A DNA stretch of 64,000 nt from an uncultured Polaribacter sp. (GTDB lineage Bacteria; Bacteroidota; Bacteroidia; Flavobacteriales; Schleiferiaceae), in NCBI GenBank assembly GCA_964397915.1, contig CAYNLA010000001.1:7542-71541 (forward strand). The letters run 5' to 3'. Within the stretch, counting starts at the first letter, position 1, and every line of letters starts with the position of its first letter. The notes beneath the pieces were generated by a model. The model saw only the letters and a program-made list of their open reading frames with translations, was not told the origin of the DNA and made no database searches. A program made the position numbers and the translations under genes. This document shows positions 10,879-23,380 of the stretch, piece by piece.

Positions 10879-11295
10879 ATGGAAATAAATTTTACAAATA
10901 TTACTGAATTTCGTCCGCGCTATTCCGAGACGGATCAAATGGGTGTGGTGTACTACGGAAACTACGCCAGCTATTTCGAAGTTGGCCGTGTCGAATTGCT
11001 TCGGGATATTGGGATGACCTATGCAGAAATGGAAGCTTCAGGAACAATGCTTCCAGTAGTACATATGTCTATTGATTTTAAGCGTGGTGCGAAGTACGAT
11101 GAGCGGATCTTTTTGGAGACCAAACTTATTGACTTGCCAACACGAAAGATATCATTTTACCATCATTTGCGTGACGCCTCAGGCAACACGCTGGTCACAG
11201 GTAAGGTTGTCCTTGTTTTTTGTGATACAAAAACTTTTAAGCCAAAAAGTTGTCCTGAAACATTACTTAAATGTCTTAGCGAACCTTTAAAGTAA
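10879..11295 (+). CDS. acyl-CoA thioesterase, YbgC/4HBT hotdog family
   Basis: RYSETDQMGVVYYGNYASYFEVGRVELLR catalytic Asp region; 138 aa. Confidence 0.85.
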   Translation: MEINFTNITEFRPRYSETDQMGVVYYGNYASYFEVGRVELLRDIGMTYAEMEASGTMLPVVHMSIDFKRGAKYDERIFLETKLIDLPTRKISFYHHLRDASGNTLVTGKVVLVFCDTKTFKPKSCPETLLKCLSEPLK

Positions 11296-12853
11296 GCGCG
11301 GGCATGTCCGTTCCATAGACTTCAATGAGGCAAGTATGTCGATTCAAAACGGTTGCACCTGGCGCGGCGACCAATTGTGAAATCAATCTACCAAGGGCAT
11401 CGTACTCATTTACGAATAATTCGGAATCCTTGGGGTTGAGTATTCCTCTTTCTCCCAATTCATTCGCGAATATACTCGGGTTAAGTACTTGGGTAAGGTT
11501 CGCAACCTCACTTGTAGTTAGGATGTTCTTTGGAGTGCCAAATGCGGAATTAATTTGATTTTGATACTGTCCACCTGTGATAAGCGAATCGGTAAACAAT
11601 ATATTCTTAGCGATGGAGCGAAGGCTTTGATTGGGAAGAAGCATATGGCATGCTTCGAGAATTATCTTGTCCGCTGTTGAAGGATTTACGCCATTTGACT
11701 CTGAAAATTCTAACATAGCACTCGTCATTAAGTCGGTATGCTGATAGATGTTGGAAAAGAATAGGGTATTGTAGTTCTTAACACCATCGTAAGCAATGGA
11801 ACGTCCATTCCAAAACGTATTGTTTCCATCCCAATCAAATACTCTTGTACTTGTGACACCGATATTTCTGCCGTAGCGTTCTGCGAAATAATCCCCGAGA
11901 CTTTCATCAAAAGTTCTCCGCTCTGTTCCTGTGTTTGTATTTGGCGCAACTGAATGCGAAATAGCATGACTTAGTTCATGAATGATGACATCAGCATCTT
12001 CGGCATCGTCAACGCCACCTTCTCCGAAATAAAGACGCGGTGGATTATAACCGAAATTAAACATGCTTTGATCTTGACCATTGAGTGCTTGAGGATCAAC
12101 ATGTATGGCATAATTCAGCACTGAATCGTAGCCTAGGCTTTGAAGATATTCATTCATCTTGGAGATATGATAAACAACCATAACCTGTTCGAATTCTGGT
12201 TCTGATCTGCTGCTTATCCAATCAGAAGGCACCGTGCTTGGGGCAATATACGGTGCGTCAAAATCGACCACTTTAATAAATTGATTCTCCAATTCCGCAC
12301 CTCCTTGGATTGCATTGACCTCTATGCTGTCTATTAGTGTTAAAGAATCTAAGATTGCTCCATTTCCATCGTTCAAATCCACATAATTGCCGCCATAGCT
12401 GTATCCGTTGGGTGAAAGCGGGTCAGGGTTGAAAACGCGAACTGCGACTGTTGTATCCGTTAAATGCGCATTCAAATCTCTAATTTGCACTACCTCATTC
12501 CTCGACCGTATGGTGATCTGATGCGTGGATCCTTGTAATAGCGTATCGATGGTTATGTCTAGCCACTGTTGGCCATCAAACCATAAGGCGGGTCCTATGG
12601 GATTTAAAGGAAGTAAAGACCGCTTATAAGGGTTTAGGGTGGAACTGTGTTTAATTATCGTTCCGTCTGAATGATGATGAAGTTCCAATTCTAGCTCATC
12701 AAAGAGCATTGCTCCACTGACACTTAATGCGAAACGCTTATAAAGCGCATGTGGACTGTGGTGCGTACTGCTAAGCGTTCGCTTTATTTCAGGTGTATTC
12801 TGACTAAAGAGGCTAAAACTAATGAGTAACAGTAATGAGGTGATTGTTTTCAA
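11276..12853 (-). CDS. secreted zinc metalloprotease with T9SS-type C-terminal sorting domain
   Basis: Signal peptide MKTITSLLLLISFSLFSQ and HExxH (VIIHELSHAISH). The last ~70 aa look like a Por/T9SS CTD (LNPS...VNEYDALGRLI...LTLKVR). Confidence 0.6.
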   Translation of the reverse strand: MKTITSLLLLISFSLFSQNTPEIKRTLSSTHHSPHALYKRFALSVSGAMLFDELELELHHHSDGTIIKHSSTLNPYKRSLLPLNPIGPALWFDGQQWLDITIDTLLQGSTHQITIRSRNEVVQIRDLNAHLTDTTVAVRVFNPDPLSPNGYSYGGNYVDLNDGNGAILDSLTLIDSIEVNAIQGGAELENQFIKVVDFDAPYIAPSTVPSDWISSRSEPEFEQVMVVYHISKMNEYLQSLGYDSVLNYAIHVDPQALNGQDQSMFNFGYNPPRLYFGEGGVDDAEDADVIIHELSHAISHSVAPNTNTGTERRTFDESLGDYFAERYGRNIGVTSTRVFDWDGNNTFWNGRSIAYDGVKNYNTLFFSNIYQHTDLMTSAMLEFSESNGVNPSTADKIILEACHMLLPNQSLRSIAKNILFTDSLITGGQYQNQINSAFGTPKNILTTSEVANLTQVLNPSIFANELGERGILNPKDSELFVNEYDALGRLISQLVAAPGATVLNRHTCLIEVYGTDMPALTLKVR

Positions 12854-13412
12854 ATTGTCCTTTGATTTCCTCGAATTTACTTCGAATTACTGATATGGTA
12901 TAGGTTAAGTTGACATGCTGATCACGATGAAGGACTTCTACGTTTTCCATTCTACAGATACGCTCAACAAATGATATCTGATCATAGGTAAAATGGACCT
13001 TGAACTCATTCGTTATTACGTTTGATACGATGGAAGTTGAATTTAGACAGGCCTGTGTAGCATCGCCATAAGCGGTAATTAAACCCGCAACACCTAGCTT
13101 CGTTCCGCCGAAATATCGCACCACAACAACCGCCACATTATACAAGTCGTACGACTTTAAAACCCGGAGAATTGGGGCACCTGCGGTATTGGCTGGTTCT
13201 CCATCGTCATTGCTTCTTTCTAAAACTTCAAGTGGTTCTATCCGATATGCCCAGCAATAATGATTAGCACCTTTTTCTTGTGCCTTTATCAAGTCCAATT
13301 GTGCAAAGAAACTCTCCTTTGATTGCACAGGTAAAACATAGGCGGTAAATGTGCTGCCCTTTACCTTTAAGCTCTCCCTATTAGGTTGATTTACCGATTT
13401 ATAGCGATCCAT
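12819..13412 (-). CDS. YigZ/IMPACT family protein (UPF0029)
   Basis: KGSTFTAYV...HYCWAYRI...NDDGEPANTAGAPIL...VVVRYFGGTKLGVAGLITAY. Confidence 0.8.
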   Translation of the reverse strand: MDRYKSVNQPNRESLKVKGSTFTAYVLPVQSKESFFAQLDLIKAQEKGANHYCWAYRIEPLEVLERSNDDGEPANTAGAPILRVLKSYDLYNVAVVVVRYFGGTKLGVAGLITAYGDATQACLNSTSIVSNVITNEFKVHFTYDQISFVERICRMENVEVLHRDQHVNLTYTISVIRSKFEEIKGQFENNHLITVTH

Positions 13413-14421
13413 GATACACCTCTAAAACATCATCGCAAAGTCTATTTTGGTGCTGAAAATCCTTCTCAAACGCTGGAGCCTTTGTGCCCGCTTCGAGGAG
13501 AATTGGCGAAGTATATCGATGAACTTCGTCCACCAAATTCGTCTGCATAAAAGAAGCCAAGAGTAGCGATCCACCCTCAACAATTATTGAAGTAATTCCC
13601 CAATGTAGAAGCTCCGGCAACCATTGTTCTATATCCTTTGGATCCTTATGAATGCAATCAAAACCATCAACTTGTTTTTGGCTGATCAACAACGGAGGAA
13701 TTTCAAAAGATTTTAATAGCTCAAAATCAGGTTTATACTTTTCGCCGATCAATAGAATCGGTCGTGGAGGCTTGCCACTGAAATGGCGAAGATTGAGACG
13801 TGGTTGGTCCAATATTGCAGTTTTTGCCGTAACAACGATGCCGTCGTGTTGTGCTCTAAGCCGATGCGTATAGCAACTCGTAATTGGACCTGATATTTGA
13901 GTAGGGCCCATACGAAGACCTCTGTCAGCGTCTATGAATCCATCAGCGGATTGCGCAAATTTTAGGGTTATGTAAGGTCGATTCTCTTTCATATTGGTGA
14001 AGAAAACCCTATTCAATTCAATGAAAGGCGTAGGATCTGGTGCCAATTCCACTTGAATACCATGTTTTTCAAGATAATGCACCCCTTTGCCGGAGACTTC
14101 AGGATTTGTATCCAAACAACCTATAACTACTTTTCGAATCTTCTTCTCAACCAACAAATGGCTACATGGCGGTGTTTTACCAAAATGCGAACAAGGTTCA
14201 AGACTGCAGTACACCGTTGACTCGCTTAGTAATGAAGGATTTTTGACACTTTTTATTGCCATTACCTCGGCGTGTGGTTGACCTGCTCTATGGTGGTATC
14301 CCTCCCCAATAATTTTATTGTCATGAACAACAATAGCACCTACCAGCGGGTTGGGAGAGGTGTAGCCGCGAGCATAATTGGCCAATTGTAAGCAACGTGT
14401 GAGAAACTTGGCGTTATCCAT
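13399..14421 (-). CDS. ribD: bifunctional riboflavin biosynthesis deaminase/reductase RibD
   Basis: Deaminase motifs HAEV and SLEPCSHFGKTPPC, with a C-terminal reductase domain. ATG at 14421 (MDNAKFLTRCL) preferred over the longer ORF from 14475. Confidence 0.92.
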   Translation of the reverse strand: MDNAKFLTRCLQLANYARGYTSPNPLVGAIVVHDNKIIGEGYHHRAGQPHAEVMAIKSVKNPSLLSESTVYCSLEPCSHFGKTPPCSHLLVEKKIRKVVIGCLDTNPEVSGKGVHYLEKHGIQVELAPDPTPFIELNRVFFTNMKENRPYITLKFAQSADGFIDADRGLRMGPTQISGPITSCYTHRLRAQHDGIVVTAKTAILDQPRLNLRHFSGKPPRPILLIGEKYKPDFELLKSFEIPPLLISQKQVDGFDCIHKDPKDIEQWLPELLHWGITSIIVEGGSLLLASFMQTNLVDEVHRYTSPILLEAGTKAPAFEKDFQHQNRLCDDVLEVYHGSL

Positions 14422-14459
14422 GATACAAAGGTAGGGCAGTGTGCCTATTTTCGAAGGAC

Positions 14460-17728
<3,269 letters not shown>

Positions 17729-17732
<4 letters not shown>

Positions 17733-18616
17733 ACAACATTGATTTAAGCGGCGTGGGTGTCGCGCTCATCACACCTTTCAAAACTGATTTATCGGTTGAT
17801 TATAATGGACTTCATGCGCTTCTCGAGCATTGCATCAAAGGGGGTGTAGATTATTTCGTAGTAAATGGAACCACTGCGGAGAATCCGGTTCTATCCGTTG
17901 AGGAAAAGAAATCCATTTTAGAATTCATCATAGAGAAAAATGCGAACCGACTTCCGATTATCTATGGAATAGGGGGCAATAACACCATGGCGTTGGTTGA
18001 AGAACTTCAAAGTTTTGATGTTGAAGGAGTTAGTGCTATCCTTAGCGCCAGTCCGTATTACAATAAGCCAACCCAAGAAGGAATTTATGCGCATTATGCA
18101 ATGCTGAGCCAAAGCAGCCCATTACCGCTCATACTTTATAATGTACCCGGTAGAACCAGCAGCAATATTAGCGCGGAAACCACGGTTCGACTTGCGAAGG
18201 ATTTTGGCAATATTATCGCAATCAAGGAAGCCAGTGGAAATCTTGATCAAATCACGGAGATTATCCTGAATAGACCTCCTGGATTCCAAGTGATTTCTGG
18301 TGATGATAATTTAACCATACACATGATGCTTCTCGGTGCAGAAGGAGTTATTTCGGTCAGCGGACAAGGGATTCCACACCTGTTTTGTGCCATGGTAGAT
18401 GCCGCACTTGAAGGAAACTTTAGCGAAGCACAAGCACTTCATTTATCGCTATTTGAAATTACTAACCTTTTGTTTGCAGAAGGAAATCCAGCAGGTGTAA
18501 AAGCACTTCTTGATTTACAACACATTTGTGGGCCAACTGTTAGGTTGCCATTGGTTGAAGCAAGTGAGGGCTTAAGAGAGGAAATGAAAGAAATTCTCAA
18601 TGGCTTAATATACTAG
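17729..18616 (+). CDS. dapA: 4-hydroxy-tetrahydrodipicolinate synthase
   Basis: GVGVALITPF...VVNGTTAE...IAIKEASG (Schiff-base Lys). Start taken at ATG 17729 (MNNIDLSG); the ORF-track extension from 17624 overlaps the upstream gene. Confidence 0.95.
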
Positions 18617-18708
18617 TTGTTAATTAACTACACTTCATTAATTATTTTCTAACAGTGTTCTAACGTCTCCTTTTTTCCGCAGAAGCATGTTTGTATAAAT
18701 GCTACGCC

Positions 18709-19088
18709 ATGGAAAAGAGACCTCTTGATGTTTGTGTTATCAGCGATGTTCATTTAGGAACATTTGGCTGTCATGCAAAAGAGTTAAACGAATACCTAAA
18801 AACAATCGATCCGAAAATCTTGGTATTGAACGGTGATATTGTAGACATCTGGAATTTTCGTAAAAGCTATTTTCCTAAATCGCACATTAAAGTCAAACCA
18901 TCTACATGAATTCAGAGAATTGGGTTGAAAATTTAAGTGCGCTAGAATATGCAAATGGAAAGTGGACATTATATTCACATCCTTCAACTCAGCCCGATGA
19001 CGATGATGAGGATGAAAACGATGATTTCTCCTTAAGTCAAGAGGCGATTTTAACTCACATCGTAAACAACAGGCCGAAGTCTGCATAA
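18709..19088 (+). pseudogene. LpxH-like UDP-2,3-diacylglucosamine diphosphatase / metallophosphoesterase remnant, internally deleted and frameshifted
   Basis: Frame 1 encodes only motifs I-II (MEKRPLDVCVISDVHLG...VLNGDIVDIW...FPKSHIKV), then a stop at 18907-18909. Frame 3, open from 18891, continues with the family C-terminus (TIYMNSENWVENLSALEY...). The GNHD and GHxH motifs are missing. Confidence 0.7.
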
Positions 19089-19089
19089 T

Positions 19090-20115
19090 TTGAAAATACT
19101 TTATGCCTTTCAGGGAACCGGAAATGGTCACGTAGCTCGGGCTCGTGATCTAATACCACGTTTCGCTTTGCATGGTGAAGTAGATGCGCTAATTGCTGGA
19201 CTTGAATCGGATATAGACTTAGGATTTCCTATTCGATACCAATTGAAGGGGCTGGCAATGGTGTATGACAAGAACGGTGCGGTGAGTTATTGGAATAGCT
19301 TGCTGCGTAACAACCTACTTAGATTTATCGTCGATGTAATAAGGCTGCCCGTTAGGAGCTATGACCTTGTGGTAATCGACTTTGAAGCCGTAACGTCATT
19401 CGCCTGTCTGTTAAAAGGAGTAAAATCCCTTCAATTAAGCCATCAGGCTGCTTATTTATCTCAGCTCAGCCCCAGACCGAGGAAACGAAGTGTACATTGG
19501 GAAATGGTGTTGAGATACATGTCTCCTTCGTCATATGCAATAGGTTTTCATTTTAGTGCTTATGATACCTTCATATTGCCTCCTATCATTCGAAAGGAAA
19601 TTAGAGTTTTGACACCGACCATTGGCGACTACTATACGGTCTACTTGCCCTCATACAGTGTAAGCTACTTAGTTGATTTTTTCAAACGTTTCGAGAATGA
19701 ACGTTTTCAAATTTTTACAAAAGAAGACGTTGATTATCAGAAATATAACTCACGTGTATTTAAAGCTTCCGTTGAGGAATTTAAAACCTCATTAGTTCAT
19801 TCTAAAGGCTTGATTTGCGGCGCTGGATTTGAAGCGCCTGCCGAGGCAAGATACTTGGGCAAGAAAGTACTGGTTTGCCCAATAAAGGGACAATATGAGC
19901 AGTTGTGCAATGGTATTGCCTCACAAGACGTTGGGGCCTTTTTTGTGTCTTCCGTTGACGATTCGCAAAGGCTAATCTTCCATGAATTCTTCAATTCAAG
20001 CGCTGCTGAAAGAATGGCTTGGAAAGATTATGCAGATGACTTGGTAAGGTGCATTGTTAATAACGCTATAAATCGTAAGCCCCTAGACGATATTTCCTCT
20101 TTACAAGTGTGGTAA
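19090..20115 (+). CDS. glycosyltransferase (GT-B, UDP-glycosyltransferase-like)
   Basis: N-terminus (TTG)MKILYAFQGTGNGHVARA and C-terminal GAGFEAPAEARYLGKKVLVCPIKGQYEQ nucleotide-sugar binding pattern. Confidence 0.65.
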   Translation: MKILYAFQGTGNGHVARARDLIPRFALHGEVDALIAGLESDIDLGFPIRYQLKGLAMVYDKNGAVSYWNSLLRNNLLRFIVDVIRLPVRSYDLVVIDFEAVTSFACLLKGVKSLQLSHQAAYLSQLSPRPRKRSVHWEMVLRYMSPSSYAIGFHFSAYDTFILPPIIRKEIRVLTPTIGDYYTVYLPSYSVSYLVDFFKRFENERFQIFTKEDVDYQKYNSRVFKASVEEFKTSLVHSKGLICGAGFEAPAEARYLGKKVLVCPIKGQYEQLCNGIASQDVGAFFVSSVDDSQRLIFHEFFNSSAAERMAWKDYADDLVRCIVNNAINRKPLDDISSLQVW

Positions 20116-20121
20116 AAACAC

Positions 20122-20129
20122 TACATTTG
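20122..20129 (+). promoter_or_regulatory. Bacteroidota -7 promoter box (TAnnTTTG) for bamD
   Basis: Exact TACATTTG ending 7 nt before the bamD ATG at 20137, which implies a leaderless or near-leaderless mRNA. Confidence 0.5.
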
Positions 20130-20136
20130 CACCTTC

Positions 20137-20904
20137 ATGAAGGAAGCACTACATATCACATTTTTTAGTCTCTTCTTGGCACTCACCAGTTGTGGTGAAT
20201 ATCAAGAAGTCCTTAAGAGTAAGGATTTAGATTATAAATTCTCTAAGGCTGTCGAATACTATGACGCCGGAGAATACAATAAGGCGTATCCAATTTTTGA
20301 CGAACTCATTTCTTTATACAGAGGTACTCACAAGGCACAAGAAGTTTATTTCTATTATGCTCATACCCTCTACAAGCAAAGAGATTATATTCTGGCGGGG
20401 TATCACTTCAAGAACTTCTATAAGACCTTCCCGAATGATGAAAAGGCTGATGAAGCAGCGTTTTTGACCGCATATTGTTATTACCTCGAAGCGCCGGAAC
20501 ATAGCCTTGATCAAGCATATACATACAAAGCAATCAATGAAATCCAGTTATTCATTAACACTCACCCAGAGTCAGACAAGATCGAGGAGTGTAATGAATT
20601 TATGGAAGACCTGCGAGGGAGATTGGAGAAGAAAAGCTACGATATAGCTTACCAATACTACCACACACGCAACTACAAGGCAGCCATTACTGCCTTTACC
20701 ACCACACTTAGCGAATTCCCGGATACCCCATACCGTGATGACGCGATGTATTACCGCGCTATTGCGGCCTATAAGTTGGCTGAGAATAGCTTAGAGCAAT
20801 TGCAAGAAGAACGTTACAGAGAGGCTAGAACGGCTCTGAACGATTATGAAGTTGCTTTTCCTGAGAGTCCAAGGCTAAAGGACTTACAAAAATTGAATCC
20901 TTAA
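20137..20904 (+). CDS. bamD: outer membrane protein assembly factor BamD (TPR lipoprotein)
   Basis: Lipobox LALTSC and TPR-like repeats (AVEYYDAGEYNKAYPIFDEL...); 255 aa. It sits upstream of rpoZ and coaBC. Confidence 0.85.
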   Translation: MKEALHITFFSLFLALTSCGEYQEVLKSKDLDYKFSKAVEYYDAGEYNKAYPIFDELISLYRGTHKAQEVYFYYAHTLYKQRDYILAGYHFKNFYKTFPNDEKADEAAFLTAYCYYLEAPEHSLDQAYTYKAINEIQLFINTHPESDKIEECNEFMEDLRGRLEKKSYDIAYQYYHTRNYKAAITAFTTTLSEFPDTPYRDDAMYYRAIAAYKLAENSLEQLQEERYREARTALNDYEVAFPESPRLKDLQKLNP

Positions 20905-20918
20905 AATTTCTATAACTC

Positions 20919-21239
20919 ATGGATTACAAGAAAATGCAAGCGGACAAAACAACCCGCACGCACAACACCAATGAAATCGACGCTGCAACAAACAACATTT
21001 ACGAGGCGTTGACCATTATTGCAAAGCGCGCTGAGCAAATAAATGACACGACGCGTGAAGAATTGCACGCCAAATTGGAAGAATTTGCTTCTTCAACTGA
21101 ATCACTAGAGGAAATCTTTGAAAACAAAGAACAAATCGAAGTAAGTAAGTTCTACGAAAGTTTGCCAAAGCCTACAGCTCTTGCAATGCAAGAGTGGTTG
21201 GAAAATCGCATTTACTTCCGCAAAGAGGAAGAAAAGTAG
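20919..21239 (+). CDS. rpoZ: DNA-directed RNA polymerase subunit omega (Bacteroidota type)
   Basis: NIYEALTIIAKRAEQIN...FENKEQIEVSKFYESLPKPTALAMQEWL matches my memory of flavobacterial RpoZ. Confidence 0.7.
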   Translation: MDYKKMQADKTTRTHNTNEIDAATNNIYEALTIIAKRAEQINDTTREELHAKLEEFASSTESLEEIFENKEQIEVSKFYESLPKPTALAMQEWLENRIYFRKEEEK

Positions 21240-21248
21240 TCTATCAAC

Positions 21249-22469
21249 ATGAGCCTTTTACACGGTAAAAAGATACTTGTAGGAGTATCTGGCAGTATCG
21301 CCGCCTATAAAAGCGCTCTTCTCGTAAGAGAATTTGTAAAAAGGGGTGCTGAAGTCCAAGTCGTTATTACTACGTCTGCTAAGGATTTCATCACTCCTTT
21401 GACTTTATCCACACTAAGTAAACGTCCAGTTTACAGCGATTTTATTGAAGAAGAACAAAAGGCCTATGGTGTTTGGAACAACCATGTAGATATGGGTCTT
21501 TGGGCAGATTACATGGTAATTGCTCCGGCTTCATCGAACACCTTGTCTAAAATTGCGACAGGAGCTTGTGATAATCTATTGACCGCCGTTTACTTGAGTG
21601 CCAAGTGTCCAGTTTTTGTAGCACCAGCCATGGATTTAGACATGTATGCAAATGGCGCTACCCAAGACAACCTTAATACGCTTCGTTCACGGGGTGTTGA
21701 AATTATTGACTCTGAAGTTGGGGAACTGGCTTCAGGACTCGATGGTAAGGGCAGAATGGCCGAGCCGTTAAATATCATCGGCTATCTCGAATCCTATCTT
21801 AAACTTAACCTGCCGTTAGCAGGTAAGAGGTTGCTAATCAATGCAGGACCTACACATGAGCACATCGACCCGGTTCGTTTCATAGGGAACAATAGCTCTG
21901 GAACTATGGGTCACGCACTTGCCCGTGCGGCTGCCGACTTAGGTGCTCAAGTTACATTGGTCTTAGGTCCAACAAACAAGTCGTTTGATTTCACTGGTAT
22001 TGAAGTCAAACACGTCACAAGCGCTAAAGAAATGTATTTCGAAATGAATACACTATTTCCTGAGGCACACTTGACTATTTGTTCCGCAGCGGTTGCTGAT
22101 TACACACCTGATGTTGTCGCTCATGAAAAGGTTAAGAAGACAGCAAATGAAAGCCTAGAAATCAAATTGGTCCCTACAGTAGATATTTTGAAAGAACTAG
22201 GTTCTCTTAAGAGTTCAAAACAAAAACTCGTGGGATTTGCGCTTGAAACAACTGACGGCGAGAGCTACGCTAAGGATAAGCTGGTTCGGAAAAATGCCGA
22301 TGCCATTATTTTAAATGAATTAGGCGATCCTGGAGTTGGCTTTAATACGAATACTAACAAGGTAGACGTTTTCCTAAGCAACGGGAGTTCTTATTCTTAT
22401 CGTCTGAAGCCAAAGAAAGAATTAGCAAAAGAACTCATCTTGGATTTCATTAGATGGTTTAACTTGTAG
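21249..22469 (+). CDS. coaBC: bifunctional phosphopantothenoylcysteine decarboxylase / phosphopantothenate-cysteine ligase
   Basis: Flavoprotein N-domain GKKILVGVSGSIAAYK, PAMDLDMY, and CoaB domain INAGPTHEHIDPVRFIGNNSSG. Confidence 0.95.
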   Translation: MSLLHGKKILVGVSGSIAAYKSALLVREFVKRGAEVQVVITTSAKDFITPLTLSTLSKRPVYSDFIEEEQKAYGVWNNHVDMGLWADYMVIAPASSNTLSKIATGACDNLLTAVYLSAKCPVFVAPAMDLDMYANGATQDNLNTLRSRGVEIIDSEVGELASGLDGKGRMAEPLNIIGYLESYLKLNLPLAGKRLLINAGPTHEHIDPVRFIGNNSSGTMGHALARAAADLGAQVTLVLGPTNKSFDFTGIEVKHVTSAKEMYFEMNTLFPEAHLTICSAAVADYTPDVVAHEKVKKTANESLEIKLVPTVDILKELGSLKSSKQKLVGFALETTDGESYAKDKLVRKNADAIILNELGDPGVGFNTNTNKVDVFLSNGSSYSYRLKPKKELAKELILDFIRWFNL

Positions 22470-22471
22470 GG

Positions 22472-23380
22472 ATGCGTAAACAAATAGTACTATTATTTCT
22501 TGTTTTCTTTGCCACCGCTCAGGCTCAGGAGCTTAGAGCTGTTGTCAAAGTACTAAGTCCTGAAGTTCAAGCGACAAATAAAGATATTTTTCAGGCACTA
22601 GAATCCAGTATTGACAATTTCTTGAACGGTACCACTTGGACAGAATATAAATACAGTGACGAAGAACGAATAGAGTGCAGCTACATATTGACCATTAAGA
22701 GCTTGAATGGCAATAAATTCGATGCGAATTTACAAGTACAGTATTCACGTCCTGTATTCGGATCTAAATACAATAGTCCCGTGCTGAATATTTTAGATAA
22801 GGATGTTGTTTTTAGCTACCAAGAGAATGAGCCCATCGATTTTCAGCAAAATACATATACGACTAACCTTAGTTCCATTCTTGCATTTTACGCCTATACC
22901 ATTATTGGTGCCGATCGATCCACTTTCAAAGCAAATGGAGGTGATGCTGAATTTGCGATTGCACAAAACATTGTGACTACTGCACAGAGTGGTGGTGGGG
23001 CAAGCGGTTGGAAGAGTTTTGATGGAACCAAAAATAGATTCTGGATCTCGGATCAGCTGAACTCTCCCGTTTTCGAACCCCTGAAGGAATGTTGGTATCT
23101 ATACCATCGACAAGGGCTTGATCTCATGTACAAGCAGGACAACCACGAACAAGCCTTAAACACTATCAGCACGGCACTCCAGAAATTAAATGAGCCCAAT
23201 CAAAAACGACCCAACAGCTTTGTTCTCAATATTTTCTTTGATGCAAAGCATACGGAAATCGTAAATATATTTTCTCAGGCGTCTAGTTTTGGGGTGGATA
23301 CAAAATCATTACAGAGTACCCTGGAAACAATTGATCAAACTCATTCGAGGGAATATGAAAATCTTGGAACTGCAAAGTGA
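22472..23380 (+). CDS. DUF4835 family protein (secreted)
   Basis: Signal peptide followed by ELRAVVKVLSPEVQATNKDIF...ERIECSYILTI. It occupies the conserved position between coaBC and recN seen in Flavobacteriia. Confidence 0.65.
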   Translation: MRKQIVLLFLVFFATAQAQELRAVVKVLSPEVQATNKDIFQALESSIDNFLNGTTWTEYKYSDEERIECSYILTIKSLNGNKFDANLQVQYSRPVFGSKYNSPVLNILDKDVVFSYQENEPIDFQQNTYTTNLSSILAFYAYTIIGADRSTFKANGGDAEFAIAQNIVTTAQSGGGASGWKSFDGTKNRFWISDQLNSPVFEPLKECWYLYHRQGLDLMYKQDNHEQALNTISTALQKLNEPNQKRPNSFVLNIFFDAKHTEIVNIFSQASSFGVDTKSLQSTLETIDQTHSREYENLGTAK

